In this document: positions 1-8,450 of the stretch, piece by piece | Layout: every line of letters starts with the position of its first letter | How positions within the stretch are numbered: position 1 is the stretch's first letter | Source: an uncultured Burkholderiales bacterium | Lineage (GTDB): Bacteria; Actinomycetota; Acidimicrobiia; IMCC26256; JAGPDB01 | Direction: 5' to 3' | Assembly (NCBI GenBank): GCA_964516875.1 | Contig: CAZFAO010000004.1 | Span: forward strand, 24,161 to 88,160 | Length of the DNA stretch: 64,000 nt | Notes under the pieces: model-generated | What the model was told of the DNA's origin: nothing | The model's database searches: none | What the model saw: only the letters and a program-made list of their open reading frames with translations | Made by a program: the position numbers and the translations under genes

Positions 1-1632
1 ACCAACAATTGACGAAGGAATGTCTTTCACCATTTTTTCAATTGCAGGGGTTGATGCAGTTACTTCGACCGTTGCATAATACGGAGCCAAGCGCAGTTGT
101 TGTCGCAACGCTAATTCGCGATCTCGGTTTGAAACAAAATCCCCGTCAACGATTTCTTTCAGCAAAATATTGTCCGGTGATCGAGTTGCCAGAATGACAG
201 GATTGGCTAGATCTCTTTTCTTTAAGATGCGCAGCGCTCTGTTGACGACAACAAGCGTTTGTTCAAATGCACCCATTCCTGATCGAAACATCATGGAGTC
301 AATGTCAATAAAAATACAACAAGCCAACGACTTTGTTAACTCGGGTCGATGAAATATTGCTTCCGTTGCAACGTAGAGAGTTGGCTGGCCTGAAGTGTTT
401 GTCGGAACGGAATGGAGTTTTGATAATTCCACGACACGATGTTTGGAAAAGAGTGCTGCACAATCTTTGGCAACAGAACTAAGTCCGCGTCTGTATTTTT
501 TGAATGTTGTGCCACCACAAGAAAGACACAGCAAAGGTCGCCGCGTTGCACACGTTGGACACACTAATGGATTAGTTTCCGAGTCGTCTTGATGAACACA
601 ATGCTCGCATGTCGCACAGGTTGCAACTGTGTCACATGATCGACAGACAACAAGTCTCGCATTGACTGTGTTATTTAAAATGACCGCTGCATCATTGCCA
701 GATTCAAGGGCTTTCGTAATTGCCGTTACGATCGACCGCGTAAATACCCCCAAGGCGGGATCGGCATTATTTCGATTTTCAATCAACACGCTTGGCCACG
801 GTCGAGACGTTCGCTCGTCAACAATATCTAAGTCTTTGGTTGCAGCCGATGGTACAGACGAGATGAACGTGAGCGGAATCTTCCACATCTCGCTCGCTAT
901 TTGTGCGCAATGAGAAACATTCCATCGCGGCGAACGTTCTTCGGAAAGTTGTTCGTACGCATCATCCAAAATAATGATTGACTGACAGTCCGTCACGGGA
1001 GCAAACAGCGCCACTCGCCCACCGACGATGACACAGTTATTGTGAGAAGCTTGCAGATAAGAATTGTCTTTATTTTTATCGTCGTGGTGATATTCGATTG
1101 TCCTATGACTCAGTTCCTTAGCCCACGTAGCAATACGCTCATGTGAATCGGGTGTGATAATAATTGTCGATCCAGATTGTGCAATGTGCTCGTGAATAAA
1201 TGCACGTCTGTCCGCACGGGGATCAACCACGATAAGTTTGCTCTGTGCACCGGCACCTGTTTCATGAGACGCATAGGAAATGGTGCGCATAATTCTTGTT
1301 GGCGACATTGCGCGTAAAAAGGTAACTTTGGATGTGAGATAGTGCCTAGAGAGCTTGTGAGCAAACTCTACGAGATGAGCAGGTGGACCGTCGCTCACAT
1401 ATTCAATAATGCTTTTAATTTTCGAAACGTCGAGCGCGCTACCGTCGCGAAGAGTTAACGCAGGTGCGTCGTGCGCACATTCAAGCACCCACCCACGAAC
1501 ACGTCGACCATGAAGAGGAATGCGAACAACCGAACCACGTGTTATCGCTTGATAACCTTTGATTTTTTCATCGCAGGAATACCAATACGTTTGATTGAGC
1601 TTGGGAATATCGGGAGCAACACGAAGATACAT
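1..1632 (-). CDS. priA: Primosomal protein N' (PriA), C-terminus cut by the window edge
   Basis: Absent from the ORF track because there is no stop in the window. I translated the minus strand from the ATG at 1630-1632 (MYLRVAPDIPKLNQTYWYSCDE...) and it stays open for 544 codons to position 1. It contains the PriA Cys-rich zinc region CRSCDTVATCATCEHC...CPTC...CLSCGG (about 500-655). It lies downstream of metK, as in other Actinobacteria. Confidence 0.8.
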   Translation of the reverse strand, partial: MYLRVAPDIPKLNQTYWYSCDEKIKGYQAITRGSVVRIPLHGRRVRGWVLECAHDAPALTLRDGSALDVSKIKSIIEYVSDGPPAHLVEFAHKLSRHYLTSKVTFLRAMSPTRIMRTISYASHETGAGAQSKLIVVDPRADRRAFIHEHIAQSGSTIIITPDSHERIATWAKELSHRTIEYHHDDKNKDNSYLQASHNNCVIVGGRVALFAPVTDCQSIIILDDAYEQLSEERSPRWNVSHCAQIASEMWKIPLTFISSVPSAATKDLDIVDERTSRPWPSVLIENRNNADPALGVFTRSIVTAITKALESGNDAAVILNNTVNARLVVCRSCDTVATCATCEHCVHQDDSETNPLVCPTCATRRPLLCLSCGGTTFKKYRRGLSSVAKDCAALFSKHRVVELSKLHSVPTNTSGQPTLYVATEAIFHRPELTKSLACCIFIDIDSMMFRSGMGAFEQTLVVVNRALRILKKRDLANPVILATRSPDNILLKEIVDGDFVSNRDRELALRQQLRLAPYYATVEVTASTPAIEKMVKDIPSSIVG

Positions 1633-1645
1633 TATGTGTTGATCT

Positions 1646-2842
1646 TTACCTCACGGCGAAATGACGGACGAGTTCATCAACAAATGTATCGACATGTTCC
1701 CACGTAAAGGACTCTTCTGTACGACCAAAGTGGCCATAGGTTGCCGTTGCGCGGAATCGTGGTACACGCAAAGCAAATGTGTCGATGATTGCGCCTGGTC
1801 GAAGATCAAAAAGTTCATCGACAGCTAAGCCCAGCGCTTTTTCGTCAACGTTTGATGTTCCGAACGTATCGATGTTGACACTGACTGGTCGTGCGACACC
1901 AATAGCGTATGCAATCTGAATTTCACACTTGTCGCAGAGCCCTGCAGCCACGATGGACTTAGCAACAGCGCGTGCAGCATATGCGCCGGAGCGATCGACC
2001 TTGGTTGCATCTTTTCCTGAAAAAGCACCGCCACCATGTCGCGCATATCCACCATAGGTATCGACAATAATTTTTCGGCCCGTCAGACCTGCGTCTGCAC
2101 GAGGCCCACCGAGCACGAATGATCCCGATGGGTTGATGAGAAAGTTGGTGTCGGACAGATCGAATCCAACAGGAGCAGTTTGATTCACGATCCGTTCAAT
2201 GACGTCAGATTCAATTTTATCGGCGGCAACGCCTGGTTCTGTTTGTGTTGACACAACAATGGTGTCTGCAAAAACCGGTAAAGAGTTTTCGTATTTAATT
2301 GTGACTTGAGCTTTTCCGTCAGGACGAAGATACGAAAGTTCGCCAGACTTTCTGGCGTCAGCTAGTTGTTTGGTAATTCGGTGTGCCCACCAAATAGGAA
2401 GCGGCATGAGATCAGGCGTTTCGTTGCACGCAAAACCAAACATCAAACCCTGGTCGCCAGCACCAAGAGTTTCGTAAGTGTTTTCCTTTTTCGTGATGTC
2501 GCTTTCGGTTCGACTCTCGTACGACGTGGTCACTCCTGCAGAGATTTCCGGGGATTGCTCATCAATAGCAACCATGACTCCACAGGCTTTCCCGTCAAAA
2601 CCTAATTCATCAGAAACATACCCTGCATCACAAATAACTTCACGCGCTAAACCTGCGATATCAACGTACGCTTCGGTTGTGATTTCACCTACGACAACAG
2701 CGAGACCTGTGGTTAAAAGAGTTTCGCATGCAACTCGACCGTAAGGATCTTGTTCGAGAACAGCATCTAAAACAGCATCGCTAATCTGGTCAGCAATTTT
2801 ATCGGGATGGCCTTCTGTTACAGATTCTGACGTAAAGAGCAT
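1646..2842 (-). CDS. metK: S-adenosylmethionine synthetase
   Basis: 398-aa ORF with [27 protein letters not shown] and GGGAFSGKD signatures. Confidence 0.97.
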   Translation of the reverse strand: MLFTSESVTEGHPDKIADQISDAVLDAVLEQDPYGRVACETLLTTGLAVVVGEITTEAYVDIAGLAREVICDAGYVSDELGFDGKACGVMVAIDEQSPEISAGVTTSYESRTESDITKKENTYETLGAGDQGLMFGFACNETPDLMPLPIWWAHRITKQLADARKSGELSYLRPDGKAQVTIKYENSLPVFADTIVVSTQTEPGVAADKIESDVIERIVNQTAPVGFDLSDTNFLINPSGSFVLGGPRADAGLTGRKIIVDTYGGYARHGGGAFSGKDATKVDRSGAYAARAVAKSIVAAGLCDKCEIQIAYAIGVARPVSVNIDTFGTSNVDEKALGLAVDELFDLRPGAIIDTFALRVPRFRATATYGHFGRTEESFTWEHVDTFVDELVRHFAVR

Positions 2843-2902
2843 GAAGACAGACTAGTACGCAGTATTGCGCAACAGCCAAGTAGCATGATTGTCTTCGCGG
2901 TG

Positions 2903-4186
2903 CTACCCCTTCACGCGGTTTGTGTCGATGCGCTCCACCAGTTCAAACGCGAGCGCCTGTTTGGGTGCTGTATCGAGTTCGCGAGGGCTACTTCCACGGT
3001 GGTCAAAAATCCAGACCTTATTCGTGTCGGATCCAAATCCAGAATCGTCTCGGGAAATATCGTTTGCGATCAACATATCGACTTTTTTATTTTCGAACTT
3101 TTTGGCAGCGTTTTCAAGAACGTAATCGCTCTCAGCACCAAAACACACGACGTATGTTCCGATTGGTTTATGAGTAACAATTTCGCTGACGATATCAATG
3201 GTTGGTATCAGTTCAATGGATTCAATTCCGTTTTCTCGTTTGAGTTTCGTTTGCGAAACGTGCGCAGGAGTTACATCAGCAACTGCTGCAGTCATGACAA
3301 TAACATCGGCTTGATCGAGATGACGCATCACCGATTCATGCATCTGTGCTGCTGTTTCGACATCGATGCGTTCGATGCCGGGATCGCTTTCAAGTTCAGA
3401 AGTTGTAATGAGAATCACTCTGTATCCCGACAGCAATGCAGCGTGCGCAATTGCGTGGCCCATTTTTCCGGTACTGCGATTGGTGATAATTCGAACGGGA
3501 TCAATGGGCTCGCGTGTTCCACCGGCTGTCACCAGCATGACGGGTTGCGATTCGTTTATTGAAGCGCGAGGTGAAAGAGACTCTTCAGCATCTTCATCGC
3601 CGACTGTTTTGTTACTCGTTTTAAGGGTCTTACCCTGCAAAAGTTGAACAACACGATCAACAACAGCAGCGGGCTCAACAAGACGCCCTCGTCCTGTGTC
3701 GCCACCAGCGAGTTCGCCCACGACGGGTCCTACAAAATGATGTCCGCGCGACGTTAACGTTTCAATGTTGTGTTCCGTTGATGCGTTGTCATACATTTCT
3801 TCATGCATTGCAGGAACAACAACAACGGGAGTGCTCGCAGGTGTGCACAGAAGCGTTGCAGAAACAATGTCGTCGGCAATTCCGTGTGCCATTTTCCCAA
3901 TGGTAGAAGCAGTAGCCGGCATCACAACAACGAGATCACTCTGGCGGCCCAATGTTGTGTGTGCAATCGATCCGCGGTTGTCCCACAAATCATCATATGC
4001 GGGTTCGCTGGCCACTGCAGAAAATGTTGCAGCGCCAACAAAGCGAGATGTCGACGGGGTCATTGCCACACTGACATGCGCGCCAAGATTCGTCAACAAT
4101 CGAATGAAGTAAACAGATTTATATGCTGCAATACTTGCAGTAACGCAAACAAGAATTCGACGTCCCGATAATGGTTGGTCCGTCAC
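2903..4186 (-). CDS. coaBC: Bifunctional phosphopantothenoylcysteine decarboxylase / phosphopantothenate-cysteine ligase
   Basis: 427 aa. N-terminal flavoprotein domain (RILVCVTASIAAYK) plus C-terminal ligase domain (LVTAGGTREPIDPVR). GTG start. Confidence 0.93.
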   Translation of the reverse strand: MTDQPLSGRRILVCVTASIAAYKSVYFIRLLTNLGAHVSVAMTPSTSRFVGAATFSAVASEPAYDDLWDNRGSIAHTTLGRQSDLVVVMPATASTIGKMAHGIADDIVSATLLCTPASTPVVVVPAMHEEMYDNASTEHNIETLTSRGHHFVGPVVGELAGGDTGRGRLVEPAAVVDRVVQLLQGKTLKTSNKTVGDEDAEESLSPRASINESQPVMLVTAGGTREPIDPVRIITNRSTGKMGHAIAHAALLSGYRVILITTSELESDPGIERIDVETAAQMHESVMRHLDQADVIVMTAAVADVTPAHVSQTKLKRENGIESIELIPTIDIVSEIVTHKPIGTYVVCFGAESDYVLENAAKKFENKKVDMLIANDISRDDSGFGSDTNKVWIFDHRGSSPRELDTAPKQALAFELVERIDTNRVKG

Positions 4187-4207
4187 GGCGTTTGCCTTTG
4201 TTTTCAG

Positions 4208-4555
4208 TTACGCAACAGGTTGAGGCTCATCGCCTGCATCGGCAGCAGCTTCTTGCGCAACTTCTTGAGCTGCTTGCTCACCGGCTTCTGCGATTTCTTG
4301 GATGTCTTCGGCTTCGAGAGGCATCGCAATGATGTCGCCGTTGCTGATTTCTTCAAGAGCAATAGAAAGAGGCTTGCGCGATACGGAAGTCACTTGGGGA
4401 GGAACGATTCGTCCAAGACCTTCACCCAATTGGTTGTAATAGTCATTGATTTCACGCGCACGCTTTGCTGCGAGTGTCACGAGTGTAAATTTCGATCCTG
4501 CATTTTCCAGGAGCTTTTCCATGCCTGGATCCATGAGTGATGTCTTTTTGTCCAC
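4208..4555 (-). CDS. rpoZ: DNA-directed RNA polymerase subunit omega
   Basis: 115 aa with the FTLVTLAAKRAREINDYY core, a GTG start and an acidic C-terminal tail. The gmk-rpoZ-coaBC-metK order is conserved. Confidence 0.9.
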   Translation of the reverse strand: MDKKTSLMDPGMEKLLENAGSKFTLVTLAAKRAREINDYYNQLGEGLGRIVPPQVTSVSRKPLSIALEEISNGDIIAMPLEAEDIQEIAEAGEQAAQEVAQEAAADAGDEPQPVA

Positions 4556-4670
4556 TTAAACCGCCTTTTACGAGATGAAATATTCTACTGCATGTAGGGT
4601 CAAACCTTGGAAACGGGGTCAGATAAGTGGAATTTACTACAAGGTCTGGTCTTCCCCCTTGCAGCAGTAG

Positions 4671-4695
4671 ATGTACAGGGTCCGACCCTGTACAT
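4671..4695. repeat. 25-nt perfect palindrome ATGTACAGGGTC-C-GACCCTGTACAT
   Basis: Read directly from the sequence. It abuts the gmk stop codon (4695-4697). Twenty-two nt (TGTACAGGGTCCGACCCTGTAC) recur at 56065-56086. Confidence 0.85.
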
Positions 4696-5279
4696 TACTT
4701 ATTGATTTGATCTTTGACAATGGCCGTGAGTTCAGACAATGCGCGCGCGAGATCGTCGTTAATAATCATGGCTGAGAAATGTGGAATGAGTCCTTCTTCT
4801 TTTGCCGCAGCGGAAAGTCGCTTGTCGAGCATTTCCGGAGTCATCGTGGGATCTTCTCGTTCGAGAAGTCGGCGACGTTGAATTTCTTCGCTCGGAGCTT
4901 TAACAAAAATGAGAAATGCATCGGGATAGAGTTCTTTCACTTTGAGTGCGCCTTGCACATCAATTTCTAAAACAACAGACGAACCTTCTTTACGCTTCTC
5001 GTCGATCGGACCTTTGGGTGTTCCCTTCCAATCTCCATACACTTCAAAATATTCAAGCATGCCACCGTTCATTGCCAAATCGAGAAACTCATCTTGACTC
5101 ATGAAAAAATAATGCTTCCCTTCCTCTTCATGAGGACGCGCAGGACGTGTTGTCGCGGAAACACTCAAGTACAGTTCAGGTATTTTTTTAACAAGTTCAG
5201 AAACAAGTGTTCCTTTACCCACACCCGAAGGTCCTGCAATGACAATGAGTTTCCCTGGGGATGAAAGATCAGATGACAT
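4695..5279 (-). CDS. gmk: Guanylate kinase
   Basis: 194 aa with the P-loop GPSGVGKGT and SATTRPARPHEEEGKHYFF. Confidence 0.95.
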   Translation of the reverse strand: MSSDLSSPGKLIVIAGPSGVGKGTLVSELVKKIPELYLSVSATTRPARPHEEEGKHYFFMSQDEFLDLAMNGGMLEYFEVYGDWKGTPKGPIDEKRKEGSSVVLEIDVQGALKVKELYPDAFLIFVKAPSEEIQRRRLLEREDPTMTPEMLDKRLSAAAKEEGLIPHFSAMIINDDLARALSELTAIVKDQINK

Positions 5280-5341
5280 AGGTATAGATTATCGAGAATA
5301 TGCGATCTCCGCGACGCATCGAACGCAAAAACTTAATTTCC

Positions 5342-5671
5342 TTATCCTGGAAATTCAGACGAGAACTTGTTCAGCAATGCAGCTTTTTGCTTTGTCCCTA
5401 AACCACCAAGACGTCGCGAGGGCGCAATCTCGAGTTCTTCCATCAATCGTTTTGCTTTCACTTTTCCAACGCCCGGAAGTGATTCGATAACAGCAACTAC
5501 TTTGAGTTTTGCCAATATGGGGTTTGCATCCATTTCGCGAAAGAGATCAGGTAAAGACAAGACGCCCATCTTGAGACGTTCTTTCACTTCGGCGCGGACT
5601 CGTCGCGCTAACGCAGCCTTTTCGAGAGCCGCGGCTCGTTGTTCAGGTGTGAGCTGTGGAGGAGTCGGCAT
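5342..5671 (-). CDS. mihF: Integration host factor, actinobacterial type (mIHF)
   Basis: PQLTPEQRAAALEKAALARRVRAEVKERLK matches the conserved mIHF N-terminus. I prefer the ATG at 5669-5671 (SD-like AAAGGA about 8 nt upstream) over the GTG-extended track start at 5716. Confidence 0.85.
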   Translation of the reverse strand: MPTPPQLTPEQRAAALEKAALARRVRAEVKERLKMGVLSLPDLFREMDANPILAKLKVVAVIESLPGVGKVKAKRLMEELEIAPSRRLGGLGTKQKAALLNKFSSEFPG

Positions 5672-5883
5672 TGACGTTCCTTTCTCTCTCGGTATTGATT
5701 TAAAACTGCTGGTCACTGACTATAGCGGCAAGAGTCGTCGAGAAATTGGATCCACGGGGTTAACGCCATCCCAATCGCGGACACACTTCACGAAATGTCC
5801 CAATTGCGCCGTTCTTCTCAACGGTTGTAATATTGAAGACTTATGTTTACCGCGTCTTGCCGAGCCGAATAGTAATTGGTCAG

Positions 5884-6708
5884 ATGAGTCAGGACGATTT
5901 TTTAGAAGAACAACGCCGCCGCACACTATGGCCATGGGTTGATGAATCCGGTGTAGCAATTGTTGAAGATAACCCCCTGTTCGATCACGCTGATCTCCAC
6001 TATTTTTTCGATGCGCTCATTTCAACAACAATTCATCCACGTAGAGGTTCTCCCATTCCCCTCCCTGAGCACAAAGCGTCACTGACTGCTCTCAAGTTCA
6101 CACTTCAGAAAGTTTTTGGTCCGCTCACCGGATATGGCGAAGCACCTGGCATTGATGACTTTGAAGATCAAATTGTCCGTTCAGATTTAGGTATTGCTGT
6201 AGCGCTCATTGCCACTTTTCAACGTCCACAAAGCGATCAAGAGCATCAAAGTTATGTGTGTAGGATCGATGCATTAGGAGATAGCTTTATCACGAATGCT
6301 TCGGCTGGTCCGACATACGCACGATCGATCATGCCCGAAGGATTAATAAATTTCATCACCAATTATGCACTCCGGAACAACAACGTGCCTCCCAGCGGGC
6401 GTTACGAGCACATGGCAACTTGCGCTGTTGCCTACAAAGATCTCTATTGGGAAGAACGTGACATCAAGGTGTATCAATATCTTATTCACGTTGTAGCGCC
6501 ACTGTGCGAAGAAATTGTGATGAGCGACCATATACTGAATATTCCCGAGGAAACAAAAGCATTTTTTCTCATGCATTTCAAGGACGAACTCAGAGACGAA
6601 CTAGAAAACGTCATTGTTCTTGCTGATGCTCTTGAAAACAGTCGGATACAAGACGCTCCACCAGATTTGTGGCCAGACTATGGACCCGGTTTCAATCCAC
6701 TTGCATAA
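5884..6708 (+). CDS. Hypothetical protein with no recognised domain
   Basis: The track ORF 5833-6708 starts at TTG and the first ATG is at 5884. No TM segment or signal peptide seen. It is one of the few plus-strand genes and is convergent with pyrF. The start is uncertain because no clear SD is present. Confidence 0.5.
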   Translation: MSQDDFLEEQRRRTLWPWVDESGVAIVEDNPLFDHADLHYFFDALISTTIHPRRGSPIPLPEHKASLTALKFTLQKVFGPLTGYGEAPGIDDFEDQIVRSDLGIAVALIATFQRPQSDQEHQSYVCRIDALGDSFITNASAGPTYARSIMPEGLINFITNYALRNNNVPPSGRYEHMATCAVAYKDLYWEERDIKVYQYLIHVVAPLCEEIVMSDHILNIPEETKAFFLMHFKDELRDELENVIVLADALENSRIQDAPPDLWPDYGPGFNPLA

Positions 6709-6735
6709 AGGGAAAGTAAATACTCGATCCGCAAT

Positions 6736-7440
6736 CTATTCTGATTGCGCCTTCTTCACTTGCGCGCATACCTCGTGTGCTGCAGCAATGGGATCATCGG
6801 CAGCGTAGACCGCACGACCAAGCGCCACCCAACGCGCACCGTCGCGAATAGCTTCATACGGAGTTGCAACGCGGGTTTGGTCTCCAACATCTTGACCAGC
6901 CAGACGGATACCAGGCACCAACATTTTTGCGTTCGGTAATTTTTCGTGCACGTACGCAACTTCTAATGCTGAACACACGAGATCGCAGCCAACTTCTTTG
7001 ATGAGTGCAAGTCTTTCATCAAATGCTTCTTGATCTGGAGGCAATGATGTGAGAACGGTAATGGCCAGTAGTACAGGTGGTTCATACCCCGCTTCGGCAG
7101 CACCTTCGTCTAAACCGCGTCGAGCAGCTGTGAGCATTTCTAATCCGCCTGCTGCATGAACCGTCGCCATTGCAACTCCCCGCTTGGCATGGGCACGCGC
7201 AGCACGTTCGACGGTGTTGGGAATGTCGTGAAGTTTGAGATCGAGAAAAACTTTCTTTCCCATATCGCGCAATGTAATGACAGCTTCAGCGCCTGATTCG
7301 GCATAGAGTTCACTTCCCACTTTCACATAGTCAAAGTAATCCCCCACTGTGTTCACGAGTTTTAACGCCGAGGCAAGATCTCCCACATCTAAGTTAAGAA
7401 CCATCTGGTCTGTGACACTGATGTCGATGTCTGTTGTCAT
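6736..7440 (-). CDS. pyrF: Orotidine 5'-phosphate decarboxylase
   Basis: 234 aa with the FLDLKLHDIPNTV motif, in a pyr operon context. Confidence 0.93.
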   Translation of the reverse strand: MTTDIDISVTDQMVLNLDVGDLASALKLVNTVGDYFDYVKVGSELYAESGAEAVITLRDMGKKVFLDLKLHDIPNTVERAARAHAKRGVAMATVHAAGGLEMLTAARRGLDEGAAEAGYEPPVLLAITVLTSLPPDQEAFDERLALIKEVGCDLVCSALEVAYVHEKLPNAKMLVPGIRLAGQDVGDQTRVATPYEAIRDGARWVALGRAVYAADDPIAAAHEVCAQVKKAQSE

Positions 7441-7472
7441 ATCGTTTCCTTTTTATGTGTTAGTACGTTTTA

Positions 7473-7489
7473 GCCGCGGATTCCGCGGC
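7473..7489 (-). terminator. GC-rich hairpin GCCGCGG-ATT-CCGCGGC between pyrD and pyrF
   Basis: Perfect 7-bp inverted repeat with a 3-nt loop, 26 nt after the pyrD stop. The minus-strand RNA has no U-tract after it, so a terminator role is doubtful. It may be an attenuator or stabiliser. Confidence 0.3.
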
Positions 7490-7514
7490 CCCTGGCAGCC
7501 ATCACGGGTAGGGG

Positions 7515-8450
7515 TTAGGCGGGCATGTCGATTGCGCCAATGAGATCGGTCACTCGAGCGACACCTGTGTTATAACAAAACTCTTTGAGTTCATCAGCGA
7601 TACGAATAGTTGCACGCGGGTCAGCAAACGTTGCTGTTGCAACCCCAACTGCACTCGCGCCACACATCATCATGCCCGCAGCCTCCACGCCAGTTGTTAC
7701 TCCACCTGTTCCAATGATGGGAGTGTCGGGGAAAGCTTGGTGCACTTCGTATACGCCTTTTTGTGCAATCGGCAAGACGCCCGCACCAGAGTATCCTCCT
7801 GCACCTTTCCCCACGATGGGCTTGCGCGTGTACGGATCGAGAGCTAATCCAAGAACGGTGTTGAACAGTGTAAGAATGTCTGTGCCGCCGGCAATGGCTG
7901 CTTGGGCAATTTCGGTGACGCGCGTGACGGCGGGCGTCAGTTTGGTCGTGAGCACAACATCATTTCCCACTTCTTTGCGCACACGTTTCACAATTTCTTG
8001 TGTGTCCTCATAGCTTTGTGCAAAAAGTCGATTTCCGCTTTCGGTATTGGGACAACTGAGATTGATTTCAATCGCAACAAAAGAATCGGAAACGGGAGCC
8101 AGGATACGTGCAGCTTCTGCGTATTCCTCAACAGTCCTCCCCCACAACGCCATAATAAAACGCCCGTTAGCGTCACGAATTTTTTTGAAATCCGTATCCA
8201 CCCACTCTTGAATATGGGGACCAGGCAAACCAACCGAGTTCATCATTCCTGTTGCAACGGCACCCACACGGGGAGCTTGATTACCTGGTGACACAAACGC
8301 GGCGAGAGATTTAATCGTGATTGCGCCAACGTCATCAGGATTGATCACATCGAAGAGTTCATCGCTATGTCCAAAACTGCCCGAAGCTCCAATGATCGGG
8401 TTTGGTAACGTGAGTGACCCGAGTGTGGTTGAAAGATCAATGTTCATCAT
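7515..8450 (-). CDS. pyrD: Dihydroorotate dehydrogenase, class 1 (Cys active-site type)
   Basis: 311 aa with INLSCPN (class-1 catalytic Cys) and the GGYSG and GTGGV motifs. No pyrK partner is adjacent. Confidence 0.9.
   Translation of the reverse strand: MMNIDLSTTLGSLTLPNPIIGASGSFGHSDELFDVINPDDVGAITIKSLAAFVSPGNQAPRVGAVATGMMNSVGLPGPHIQEWVDTDFKKIRDANGRFIMALWGRTVEEYAEAARILAPVSDSFVAIEINLSCPNTESGNRLFAQSYEDTQEIVKRVRKEVGNDVVLTTKLTPAVTRVTEIAQAAIAGGTDILTLFNTVLGLALDPYTRKPIVGKGAGGYSGAGVLPIAQKGVYEVHQAFPDTPIIGTGGVTTGVEAAGMMMCGASAVGVATATFADPRATIRIADELKEFCYNTGVARVTDLIGAIDMPA

Noticed and set aside
2843-2902. SAM riboswitch upstream of metK
   Set aside because: The spacer is only 60 nt, too short for SAM-I or SAM-IV. 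Only a 7-bp inverted repeat (GAAGACA / TGTCTTC) is present.
2885-3562. 225-aa plus-strand ORF, plus similar long antisense or alternate-frame ORFs at 5367-5942, 26092-26697, 27265-27912, 38677-39288, 39565-40266 and 57569-58219
   Set aside because: Each lies entirely inside a confidently identified conserved gene (coaBC, mihF, alaS, hisS, relA, thrS) on the other strand or in another frame. Their translations are low complexity or Cys/Arg-rich with no motifs. They are typical shadow ORFs.
4556-4694. tRNA or other known small RNA gene in the 139-nt gmk-rpoZ spacer
   Set aside because: No cloverleaf or T-arm GTTCGAATC-type sequence is present. I can only see the palindrome and GGTC-type half sites, which are reported as repeats instead.
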